A stretch of 64,000 bases of DNA, taken from assembly GCA_041838515.1 (NCBI GenBank), contig JBGYPP010000018.1, positions 25,034 through 89,033 on the forward strand, written 5' to 3'. A program made the position numbers and the translations under genes. The DNA comes from Acetatifactor sp. Its GTDB lineage: Bacteria; Bacillota; Clostridia; Lachnospirales; Lachnospiraceae. The notes beneath the pieces were generated by a model. It was not told the origin of the DNA. It made no database searches and saw only the letters and a list, made by a program, of their open reading frames with translations. Shown here piece after piece: positions 46,933-55,837 of the stretch (positions within the stretch are counted from its first letter, which is position 1; every line of letters starts with the position of its first letter).

Positions 46933-47865
46933 ATGGCGGGGGTAGGGGAGAGGCCGGCCAATCTGCCCCTGGATATGGCCGCTTACGCTGCCCTGGGTCT
47001 GGCAGGCGCCTGGGCGGCCTATCTGCCGGCCTGGCGTTGGGGCTGGGGCTTGGATACCTACAGGCAGCTGCTTTTGGTCTGGGGCCTGGCGTGGCTGGGG
47101 CTGGGTCTTCGATATGCCTGGAGTATGCTGCACAGACCGGGCCGGGGGCAGATGCCGGCGGCGGATGCAAGAATTGGTGTACTGACCTGTTGTTTTGGCC
47201 TGCTCCTGATGGTCCAGATCTGGGTCATACTGTATCCGGCCGACCTGCCATGGGCTATTTGGGTGCCGGATGTGGCGCTGGCTGGGGATATGACTTTGGA
47301 GAGGGTGGGCGCTATAGTGGCAGATGGGGTCTTTGCTCATTCTCATCCGCTGACCGGGCAGCCTCTCTCGGAGGGGCAGCCCGCCCGCCTGTCTATACTG
47401 GTTCTGCCCCCTTTGTATGCCGCCGTGTTTGGAGAGGTGGATTGGTGGCTGTGGACGCCCAGGCTGGGGGCCTTAGCCTGCTGGGCCTGGTCTTATCTGG
47501 CCTGGGCCGGTGTGGTCAAGGCTCTTTGGCCTGAGAATGCCCGTCGCCGCTGGGCTTTTTTGCTGGCTCTGGCCGCCCTGGTCAGCCTGGGTGCTGTCTG
47601 GACGGGTATGGAGGGGCATCTCCTGCTCCTGGGGGGGTATACGCCCCAGGCTCTGCGGCGTCATGCGCTGCTGCCCCTGGCTCTGGCCGCTCTGGCGGCC
47701 AGGCGGCCGGTTTGCGGAGTTTTGGCCGTGGCGGCTGAGGCGGCGCTGGTGTGGACGGGTTTTGGACTGGGGTATACGGCCCTGCCCCTGGGCATATATG
47801 CCGTCTGTGTCTTGTGGCGGCGATTTTGCCGGGCCGGGGGAAAGGATGGGGGCGGCATATGCTGA
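46933..47865 (+). CDS. Trp-rich polytopic membrane protein, unknown function
   Basis: 310 aa with about 20 Trp by my count and several hydrophobic helices. Start is 2 nt after the previous stop. Confidence 0.55.
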   Translation: MAGVGERPANLPLDMAAYAALGLAGAWAAYLPAWRWGWGLDTYRQLLLVWGLAWLGLGLRYAWSMLHRPGRGQMPAADARIGVLTCCFGLLLMVQIWVILYPADLPWAIWVPDVALAGDMTLERVGAIVADGVFAHSHPLTGQPLSEGQPARLSILVLPPLYAAVFGEVDWWLWTPRLGALACWAWSYLAWAGVVKALWPENARRRWAFLLALAALVSLGAVWTGMEGHLLLLGGYTPQALRRHALLPLALAALAARRPVCGVLAVAAEAALVWTGFGLGYTALPLGIYAVCVLWRRFCRAGGKDGGGIC

Positions 47866-49661
47866 AAAAACCCAGAGGAGTGATAGGCGTACAGATATTG
47901 GTATGCGTATTGGCCATTGCCCAGCTGTCTTTTTTTGCCTCGAGGAAAGAGGGGTTTCACATGGACGAAATCCTGACCTTTCAATTGGCCAATTCCTATT
48001 ATGGACCCTGGATAGTGCCCACCCAGCCGGAGGGCCGCATGGCCAAATTCCTCCGGGAGGAAGTGGGGAATGGGGGCATAGGCCGCTGGTGGGAGCTGGC
48101 CCTGGACTGGCTGCAGCACGGGGAGGAGAGCCGTATTTCCAGCTTTACCGCCGATGTCTATGAGGAGCCGGTGTGGATATCCCGCCAGCAGATGGCGGAT
48201 TATATCACAGTGGATGAGCGGGGGGGCTTCTCCTGCCTGTCCGTGATTTTTAATATGAAAAATGATGCGCATCCCCCTCTGTTCTTTATGGCTGTCCACA
48301 CCATCAGCGCACTGTTTCCCGGACGGATGGCGGCTTGGATGGGCAATGTGTGGACTATAGCCGCTGTGGCTGCATCCTGTTGGCTGATGATGGAGATGGC
48401 TGGGGAATTTGGCCGGCTGGGGGGCTGGGGAGAGGCCAAGGGCCTGGCGGCCGGAGCTGTGGCGGCTCTGTGGTACGCCGGCAGCTCTGGAGGCATATCC
48501 ACGGCGCTGTTTATACGGATGTACGCCTTTCTGGCATTTTTTTGCCTGTGGCTTTTGGCCAGGCATATGCCCTATTTTTTTCCTAGGGAAGAGGCGGGGG
48601 ATGGATCCGGGTCTGTGGGCTTGTGGGATGTTCCCCTGGCGCTGGCTCTTTGCGGAGGCTTTCTCAGCCAGTATTTCTTTCTCTTTTTCGCAGGCATACT
48701 GGGACTGATAAGCCTGGTCTGGCTGTGGAGGCAGGGGGATAAGCCCCGGCTGCGACGGTACGTCTGCTCCATGGCTGGTGGAGGGCTGCTGTCTGTATGC
48801 CTATTCCCCTTTGCTATCCCGGCGCTGCTCTTTAGCAGCCGGGGGGTGGAGGCTATGGAGGCTATGGGCCAGACCCTGGCCGAGTATGGCCGAAGGCTGG
48901 CTGTCTTTGGCCGTCTGCTGACAGAGGCGGTATTTCCCCCGGGAGGGCTGTGGGTATGGGCCGGAGCCTGCCTGGTACTGGCTCTGCTGCGGCTTTGGAG
49001 GTGGCCGGGTACTATGGCTGTCAGCGGTGAGGGGGACGAAAGGGCTGGCCGGTCTCGGAGGCGGCAGGCCGCTTTTTTGGCCCTGGTGTTCCTGCCTGCG
49101 GCGGGGTATTTTCTGATGGCCAGCCGGGTATCCCCCTTTTTGATCAACAGATATATTATGGCCATATTTCCCCCGCTCTGTCTGCTTCTGGTACTGCTCC
49201 CGGCCTGGCTGCTCTCGTCCTGGCCTGTGTCCCGTTTTTTGGCCGCTCTGGCCCTGTGCGCGCTGCCTCTGGCCGGGGCTTCACTGGGAAATTATCATGG
49301 GGAGTACCTGTACAAGGGATATGGCTCTCAGCTGGCCCTGGCCAGAGAGTATGGGGAGCTGCCAGCGCTCTGTGTCTATGAGGGTTTATCCTATTATGAG
49401 AATATACAAGAGTTCGCCTTATACAGCCGGAGCCTGTTGCTGACCGGGCAGGAGTGGGAGGCCAAAGGCGAGGATGGAAACCCGGATCCCGTCCTGGCCG
49501 GGGAGCAGGCCCTGGTAGTGCTGGTCAAGCGCCTGGTATCCCAGGAGGCCGTCCTGGAGAAGCTAAAGGAGGCCTATGGATTTGATGAACAGAGCCTGCT
49601 GCTGGAGAATTCGGTCTATGGGGATAGGATATGGCTGGTGCGCAAATCCCGGACCGGTTGA
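47859..49661 (+). CDS. GT-C fold membrane glycosyltransferase-like protein
   Basis: MLKKPRGVIGVQILVCVLAIAQLSFFASRKEGFHMDEILTFQLAN is a first TM followed by a DE loop, as in ArnT/PMT-type enzymes. About 600 aa, many TM helices plus a soluble C-terminal domain. 7-nt overlap with the previous gene. Confidence 0.6.
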   Translation: MLKKPRGVIGVQILVCVLAIAQLSFFASRKEGFHMDEILTFQLANSYYGPWIVPTQPEGRMAKFLREEVGNGGIGRWWELALDWLQHGEESRISSFTADVYEEPVWISRQQMADYITVDERGGFSCLSVIFNMKNDAHPPLFFMAVHTISALFPGRMAAWMGNVWTIAAVAASCWLMMEMAGEFGRLGGWGEAKGLAAGAVAALWYAGSSGGISTALFIRMYAFLAFFCLWLLARHMPYFFPREEAGDGSGSVGLWDVPLALALCGGFLSQYFFLFFAGILGLISLVWLWRQGDKPRLRRYVCSMAGGGLLSVCLFPFAIPALLFSSRGVEAMEAMGQTLAEYGRRLAVFGRLLTEAVFPPGGLWVWAGACLVLALLRLWRWPGTMAVSGEGDERAGRSRRRQAAFLALVFLPAAGYFLMASRVSPFLINRYIMAIFPPLCLLLVLLPAWLLSSWPVSRFLAALALCALPLAGASLGNYHGEYLYKGYGSQLALAREYGELPALCVYEGLSYYENIQEFALYSRSLLLTGQEWEAKGEDGNPDPVLAGEQALVVLVKRLVSQEAVLEKLKEAYGFDEQSLLLENSVYGDRIWLVRKSRTG

Positions 49662-49685
49662 GGTGGGTCTGGTGCGGAGGTATGT

Positions 49686-50891
49686 ATGCGGGTGTTGGCG
49701 GGGATCTTTTGGCTGGGGGTTTTGCCCCTGTGGCTAGGCTGCCCCTTGGCATGGTCGTGGAGGCGGCCTGAGAAAGGCGGCTGGGGTATCTTTCCTTTGG
49801 AGGGCTGGCTGTCGGGGCAGATCCTGCTCTGGGCTATATTCCAATGGCTGTCCCTGCCTTATATATGGCGGGGCAAGGCCTTTGGGGATTTGATACAAAT
49901 ATATAATGGTATTATTCTGCTGGCAGCCTTGGCTGCGCTTTGGCCCTGGAGCCATATCCGGTCTGCGGTTCTGAAGCGGTGGCGGCAGCGGCCCGGGCTC
50001 TGGCCAGGTGGCAGGCCGCAGCTTTGCCTGGCTTGGGATAGTCGGCTGCTTCTGCCTCTGGCCGTTTGCCTGCTCTTTGCCCTGCAAATATATATGTCCA
50101 TTTTTTGGGTGTACCAGGACGGGGATGACGCCTTTTTCGTCGCCGTATCCGCCATAGCCCAGGAGAGCAATACCATGTATGCCAAGCTGCCTTATACCGG
50201 AGGTACGGGCATACTGGACCTGCGGCACGGTCTGGCCCCCTTTCCCCTGTGGGTGGCCTGGGTGGCCAAGGTATTGGATGTGCCTGCGGCTTTGGCCGCC
50301 CACAGTGTGCTGGCGCCATTGGGCATAGCCGCCGCCTATGGCGTATACGCCTTGCTGGCTGGGTGTCTTTTAGAGGGGGAGGAGGCCTGGAAACGCTGGC
50401 TGTTCCTGCTCCTGATCCAGTGTTTCGTCCTCTTTGGGGATGTATCCCCATATACGGTGGAAAATTTTTTGTTGGCCCGCAGCCGCCAGGGCAAGGCGGC
50501 TTTGGGCAGCCTGGTCATTCCCCTGGTATTTTTCGCGCTTTTGCAGTTGGGAGGGCTTTGGCGGCAGGGTAGTGGAAGCCTAAGAAGAGGGAAAAAGAAT
50601 GCCGGGGCAACAGAGGGTGGGGCAATTCATGCAGGCGATGCCCGGGCTAGGGATGCGGAGGCATGGGAGGCTCTGGCCAAAGCCTGGGCCGGACTGTGGA
50701 TATTCTTATTCTGTCTGGTGTCGGCGGCCTGTCTTTGTACCACGCTGGGGGCGTTTTTGGCCGCTGCGCTGGTGGGAGCCGGAGGGCTGCTGATCGCCCT
50801 TTGGACCAGGCGGTGGCTGCCTCTGCTGCCCCTGGCTCTGTGTTGCGCGCCGGCGGCGTTTTTTGGCTCTATTTATGTTTTTTTTGGTTAG
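49686..50891 (+). CDS. polytopic membrane protein, possibly a third GT-C-like member
   Basis: 401 aa with multiple TM helices. The loop VYQDGDDAFFVAVSAIAQESN is reminiscent of GT-C acidic loops. Confidence 0.45.
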   Translation: MRVLAGIFWLGVLPLWLGCPLAWSWRRPEKGGWGIFPLEGWLSGQILLWAIFQWLSLPYIWRGKAFGDLIQIYNGIILLAALAALWPWSHIRSAVLKRWRQRPGLWPGGRPQLCLAWDSRLLLPLAVCLLFALQIYMSIFWVYQDGDDAFFVAVSAIAQESNTMYAKLPYTGGTGILDLRHGLAPFPLWVAWVAKVLDVPAALAAHSVLAPLGIAAAYGVYALLAGCLLEGEEAWKRWLFLLLIQCFVLFGDVSPYTVENFLLARSRQGKAALGSLVIPLVFFALLQLGGLWRQGSGSLRRGKKNAGATEGGAIHAGDARARDAEAWEALAKAWAGLWIFLFCLVSAACLCTTLGAFLAAALVGAGGLLIALWTRRWLPLLPLALCCAPAAFFGSIYVFFG

Positions 50892-50904
50892 GGGGAGGGA
50901 GTAT

Positions 50905-51339
50905 ATGCGCAGATACAGGCACAAGGCCATGTACTATGAAACGGATCAGATGGGCATTATTCATCATTCCAATTATATACGCTGGATGGAGGAGGCCAGG
51001 ATGGACTATATGGATGCCATGGGCATACCCTACAAGGATATGGAAGCCCTGGGCATTATCAGTCCGGTGCTGGGCATAGAATGCCAGTACAAGGCCATGG
51101 TGTATTTTGGCGACACGGTGGAGATAGAAAGCCGTATTACCAAGTATAACGGCCTGCGCATGGAGGTGGAGTATCATATGTACAGCCAGGGCAAATTGTG
51201 CTTTCGCGCCCTGAGCAGCCACTGCTTTCTGGACAGGCAGGGGCGGCCTCTCAGCGTAAAAAAAGCGGCTCCGGATATGCATGGCCGATTTCTGGAGGAG
51301 TGGGCGAAGCTGGAAGCTGGGCTGGAGGGGGAAGCCTAG
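50905..51339 (+). CDS. acyl-CoA thioesterase, 4HBT/YbgC hot-dog family
   Basis: YYETDQMGIIHHSNYIRWMEEARMDYM...ISPVLGIECQYKAMVYFGD is a hot-dog thioesterase signature. GGGGGAGGGAG SD. Confidence 0.8.
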   Translation: MRRYRHKAMYYETDQMGIIHHSNYIRWMEEARMDYMDAMGIPYKDMEALGIISPVLGIECQYKAMVYFGDTVEIESRITKYNGLRMEVEYHMYSQGKLCFRALSSHCFLDRQGRPLSVKKAAPDMHGRFLEEWAKLEAGLEGEA

Positions 51340-52221
51340 ATGGAAGGATGGATGGAAGCCTTTTGGGAGGCGTTGCGGCTCTTTGGCGCTTATATGGGCC
51401 GGGGATCATTGCTGCTCATCTTCCTCTGCGCCCAGCTGTATTTGTTTTTTGCCGAGAGGGACGGGCTGAGGCGTATTCTTTTTTTGTACCTGCCCTGGGG
51501 CTTGCTCGCGCTGTTTTTTCAGCCCTGGTTTGCCGGCATATTCTTTCGCCTGGCAGGGGAGGAGATTTATTACCGGCTGCTGTGGCTTATGCCCATGTCC
51601 ATAGTCAGCGCCTATGCTCTGGTGGGCGCAGTGTCCCGAGTTGGGCGGCCGGTTCTAAAGGCCGATAGGGAGGACAGACTGCAAAAAGAACTGGAGTTCG
51701 AGAAAGAGGCCAGGTCTGTGCCTGATCTGGCCGCAAAACCGCCCGCCATCCTGGCCTCTGTTTTGGCCTCCGTTCTGGCCATAGGCCTGGGTGGCAGTTG
51801 GATCTATGCCAATCCCCACTATGTGCTGGCGGAGAATGCTTATCACGTTCCTCAGGCTGTGGTGGACATATGCGATGCCATTCATGTGGAGGGTAGGGAG
51901 GTGATGGCAGCTTTTCCGCCGGAGATGCTGCAATTTGTCCGTCAATACGATGCCGCTATCTGTATGCCCTATGGCCGTGAATCCCTGGTACCTACCTGGG
52001 GCCAGCCCAATGACCTGGGTTCCCTAATGGAGAGCCGGGAGGAGGTCAGCGCTGAGGAGATGGCAGGTCTGGCCAGAGAATATGCCTGCCATTACATTGT
52101 CGTGGGCGAAGAAAAAGCCATTGCCGGCCGTCTGGCTGACAATGGCTATGGGGAATTTGCCCGCATGCACGGGTATATTATTTATAAGGACATCAATTTT
52201 TCTGTTGCTCTTGTGCCTTGA
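51340..52221 (+). CDS. hypothetical membrane-anchored protein
   Basis: ATG directly abuts the previous stop. N-terminal TM helices and a soluble C-terminal domain; I recognise no motif. Confidence 0.5.
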   Translation: MEGWMEAFWEALRLFGAYMGRGSLLLIFLCAQLYLFFAERDGLRRILFLYLPWGLLALFFQPWFAGIFFRLAGEEIYYRLLWLMPMSIVSAYALVGAVSRVGRPVLKADREDRLQKELEFEKEARSVPDLAAKPPAILASVLASVLAIGLGGSWIYANPHYVLAENAYHVPQAVVDICDAIHVEGREVMAAFPPEMLQFVRQYDAAICMPYGRESLVPTWGQPNDLGSLMESREEVSAEEMAGLAREYACHYIVVGEEKAIAGRLADNGYGEFARMHGYIIYKDINFSVALVP

Positions 52222-53365
52222 TTTGGAAATAGTTGAGCGCATAATCAAAGCGCTCCGCCACCCTTTTGCGGCCGGCCACATTCAGGTGTATATGGTCCCG
52301 CAGGTACTTGGGCGCATCGTCCTCGTTGACCGTGCCGTAGAGATTGTCCACAAAGGTGACACCCTGGGTATAGGCGGATTCCATCTGCTTGATCACATAG
52401 GTGGAGAGCACATCCTGGCCATAGCGCTGTATGTCGCTGCTGACGAATTTGCCCTGGGAATCCAGTCCATAAGCATAGGTGGGCGAGAGGACGATAATGC
52501 GTATATGGGGATAGGTACTGAGTATCAGTTCCAGGCCGGCCTCCATATTGCCGGTGAATTGGGTGATGTCTGTCCGGTTCTGGTCGCTGTACATGGGGCG
52601 GCCGGCCAGATAATCCGAGCCGTCATACATCAGCGTGATCACATCTACCTTGCTAAAATCCAGGGTGGACAGTGTATTGTAGGCCTGCCGGGCGTCCTGG
52701 GGCAGGGTGTCGCTCTGGCTGTCGAGCAGGTGCTGGTACACATGGGCATTGTTTCGCAGGCAGAATACGGTGGTCAGCCAATAGAAGCTAAAGGCGTCCA
52801 TGGGATGCTTCTCCAGATCCAGGATCTCCGATTGGGCGGAGAGCAGGCTGTCTGCCACCGACACATTATAAACGGTGGCCTTGCTCTTTGCGGCTATCAA
52901 ATTGGCCAGCCCATCCGCGCTCTCCCTGTCGTCGGCAAAGGGGGCATTGCCAAAGGCCACGATCTGCAGCTCGCCGTCATCCGCCATGTTCAGCTGTTCC
53001 TGGTGGAATACCGGGGCAAAGTAATCCATGACCTCCGGGCCGTTGTTGGCTGGAACCTCGTCGGGATTGACCACGCGGCCGAAGCTGAAGAAGCGGTAGA
53101 CCGCAAAGAGGATAAAGAGCAGGCACACGGCGGCCAGAGCCATATGCAGGCGGAAACGCCATGTGCTGTTGTCCAGAAATCCGGGCTTTTCCTCTGGGAT
53201 TTCCAGAGCCTCATCCTCCTCCGTCAGGGCCTCCGCCTCCTGGGGTGAAGCATCCAGGTCTATCATATCCACATCCGGTATGTCCATATCCTGCAAATAG
53301 TGATAGGGCAGCTGGCCGGCGCCTTTTTGTTTTTTCCAAATCCTGTCCGTGATCTTTTTTTTCAT
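52193..53365 (-). CDS. membrane-anchored SGNH/GDSL-family hydrolase
   Basis: Acidic N-terminal region, one TM, then ...IVAFGNAPFADD... and C-terminal ...DHIHLN... (SGNH block V). Its 3' end overlaps the convergent gene by 29 nt. Confidence 0.6.
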   Translation of the reverse strand: MKKKITDRIWKKQKGAGQLPYHYLQDMDIPDVDMIDLDASPQEAEALTEEDEALEIPEEKPGFLDNSTWRFRLHMALAAVCLLFILFAVYRFFSFGRVVNPDEVPANNGPEVMDYFAPVFHQEQLNMADDGELQIVAFGNAPFADDRESADGLANLIAAKSKATVYNVSVADSLLSAQSEILDLEKHPMDAFSFYWLTTVFCLRNNAHVYQHLLDSQSDTLPQDARQAYNTLSTLDFSKVDVITLMYDGSDYLAGRPMYSDQNRTDITQFTGNMEAGLELILSTYPHIRIIVLSPTYAYGLDSQGKFVSSDIQRYGQDVLSTYVIKQMESAYTQGVTFVDNLYGTVNEDDAPKYLRDHIHLNVAGRKRVAERFDYALNYFQIKAQEQQKN

Positions 53366-53408
53366 AAGATGGCTCTTGCTCCTCTTCTCTAAACTCCCCT
53401 TAACCAGA

Positions 53409-54545
53409 TTATTGTACCTCTATAGGCGGTGCTTGTATATGCGCATTCGCAGCCGCCTGCTCCCTCTGTGCCTCTTTTTTTGACACAAATTCCCGGACCA
53501 GCCTGTAGATGACGGCAAAGACGGGGGTGAGGAAGATCATGCCCGCCAGTCCAAAGAGGCTGCCGCCCACGGTGGCCGCTGCCAGCGTAAAGAGGCCGGG
53601 CAGACCCACGGAGTTGCCCACTACCTTGGGGTAGATAACATTGCCTTCCACCAATTGTACGGCCTGGAATACGGCTATGGACAAAAGGGCCTGCCAGGGG
53701 TTGATGGGAAATATAAATATGGCGCCCAGCAGGCAGGCGCTGAGGGAGCCTATATAGGGGATAAAGGAGAGTATGCCGGCCAAAACGGCAGTCATGGCCG
53801 CATAAGGCAGGCGGCAGAGGCTGTAGGCGGTAAAGATCATCAGGCTGACTATGCAGGCTTCGGCTATCTGCCCCATAAGGAATTTATCATAGGTTTCCAC
53901 GGAGAGGCGGCCTATATAATCCAGCCTATCCATAAGGCTGGGGGGGAGATATAGGGCCAGCAGCCTCTTGCTTATGCGGCCCAGATATTCCTTGGAGGCC
54001 AACATGGACAGGGTAAAGGTGATGATCAAAAAACCATTGAAAAAGCCTGTGAACACATGTTTGATATTGCCAGTCAAATTGCCCAAAATGGCTGTGGTGG
54101 CTTTGGTGATGGTGCCGGAATTGGCCTGAATTTGTTCCATGGCCTTGGCCAGTATATCTGCGCCGGCGAGCTGGGAACCCTCAGCCCAGTCCAGGGCGGC
54201 GTAGAACAGCTTGTTCAATACCTGGCCCAACTGGCTGATGGTGGTGCTGAGGTTGGGCAGGATGATGGCCACGGTGGCGGCGCCTATCAGCAGCAGCAAC
54301 AGCACTACCAGCAATATGGATATGGGCCGCAGCAGCCTGGATGGGCAGCGCCAGCGCCCCAAGAGGCCCTCGAATTTTTTCATAGGCACATTGAGAACAA
54401 AGGCCAGGGCTGCGCCCGTGGTCAAATTGGAAAATACCTGGAGGAAATTCGATGTGGATGCCCATATGTCCTTGGCGTGCAGGGCCAGGGCCAGCACCAG
54501 GCCGGCAAAGCTGATGGTCCAAAAGATTTTGGGTATTTTTGGCAT
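53409..54545 (-). CDS. AI-2E family transporter (PerM/YdiK-like)
   Basis: 378 aa, about 8 TM, with ...VEGNVIYPKVVGNSVGLPGL... the family signature. Confidence 0.85.
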   Translation of the reverse strand: MPKIPKIFWTISFAGLVLALALHAKDIWASTSNFLQVFSNLTTGAALAFVLNVPMKKFEGLLGRWRCPSRLLRPISILLVVLLLLLIGAATVAIILPNLSTTISQLGQVLNKLFYAALDWAEGSQLAGADILAKAMEQIQANSGTITKATTAILGNLTGNIKHVFTGFFNGFLIITFTLSMLASKEYLGRISKRLLALYLPPSLMDRLDYIGRLSVETYDKFLMGQIAEACIVSLMIFTAYSLCRLPYAAMTAVLAGILSFIPYIGSLSACLLGAIFIFPINPWQALLSIAVFQAVQLVEGNVIYPKVVGNSVGLPGLFTLAAATVGGSLFGLAGMIFLTPVFAVIYRLVREFVSKKEAQREQAAANAHIQAPPIEVQ

Positions 54546-54762
54546 GTGTACTCCTTGTTATGGAATCCGGGTATGGGAGGCCTGGCGGCTGCTGCCCGCA
54601 CAAACGCCTGAGGCCCTCCTTCCCGGCCATGCTCCAGCCTGGGAGATGGGAAATTTTTCCCATGAGAAGTGCGCCTCTGGCTAGCAGTATACCAAAGCAG
54701 GGGTGAAAAGTATAGCGCCGCCGCCAAAAGGGAGGTGAAGGAGGTAGAGCTTTAGCCTAGGC

Positions 54763-55590
54763 TCATGACTGGACGGAGCGGCGGTATTGTATGGGCGTAA
54801 GGCCGGTATATTTTTTGAAGCTTTGGCTGAAATAATTGGCTGAGGAGAAGCCCATGGCCTGGGCCAGCGTGGATATGCTGTAATCCGTTTGCTCCAGCAT
54901 ATTTTTGGCTTTGAGTATGCGCTGCTCGGTCAGATAGCGCATGGGGGCCACGCCGTAGCTTTCTTTGAAGATATGCGCCAGGTAAAATTTGTTCAGATGG
55001 ACGGCCCTGGCCAGATCCTCCAGGCGGATGTCCTCCTCCAGATGGGCATCTATGTAATTCTTCACATAGCTGCACTCCCGGGGGATGTTCTCGTCCTCCA
55101 GGTTGACATAATTGGTGTGGCTGAGCGCTTCCAGCTTGCACAGCAGAGCCTGCAGCAATTTTTGGCAGACAAAGGAGGAGGTGTCGGAGCGGGACTTGGC
55201 CTCTTCCAGCATGAGATTGAGCAGCGCCTCTATATTTTCTCCGCCAGCCCTGGGGATGTGTATCACGCTGCGGGGCAGAGAGGAGGAGCTTTTAAAGACC
55301 ACATTGCGCACGCCCAGCACCAGATATTTGAGGGGGCTTAGGGAGGAGCTTTTCTCCGTGTGGATGACATGGGGATTGATGATAAAGAGTGAGTGCTTTT
55401 GTATGGGCAGTTCCCCCTCGGCTGTGCAGAATAAGCCCTGGCCGTCCACCACATAGAAGATCTCGGAGAAGCTGTGGGAGTGCATAGTGCTCAGCCAGTC
55501 CTGCTCATAGGCCGTGGCCGTGATATAGAGCAGACGCTCCTGGGCATCCGGCGTTTCCTTGGCTTGAATGGAGTATTGCCTATAGGCCAT
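54763..55590 (-). CDS. AraC family transcriptional regulator with cupin domain
   Basis: Cupin HSHSFSEIFYVVDGQG. C-terminal HTH LARAVHLNKFYLAHIFKESYGVAPMRYL...LAQAMGFSSANYFSQSFKKYTGLTP. ATG 55590 follows GGGAAAGGAAAAAAG. Confidence 0.85.
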   Translation of the reverse strand: MAYRQYSIQAKETPDAQERLLYITATAYEQDWLSTMHSHSFSEIFYVVDGQGLFCTAEGELPIQKHSLFIINPHVIHTEKSSSLSPLKYLVLGVRNVVFKSSSSLPRSVIHIPRAGGENIEALLNLMLEEAKSRSDTSSFVCQKLLQALLCKLEALSHTNYVNLEDENIPRECSYVKNYIDAHLEEDIRLEDLARAVHLNKFYLAHIFKESYGVAPMRYLTEQRILKAKNMLEQTDYSISTLAQAMGFSSANYFSQSFKKYTGLTPIQYRRSVQS

Positions 55591-55837
55591 CTTTTTTCCT
55601 TTCCCAGCCCTTGTTTTGGCGGGCTGCAACGGCAAAGCGTACAGATAAGGGCTTTTTTTCGGAAATTTTCTTAGACAAGATGGTGGAAAAACCTTTGTTA
55701 AGCAGAGAAAAATATATCATAATTACCAATAAAAAGCAAGATATATAACTTTTCGAGCAAAATAATGGCTTGTGGCGGGAGTGGATAGTTTATAAAATGG
55801 GGCAAAGGGCAGGCGGGCTGCCTGCTGGAGGCTGGAG

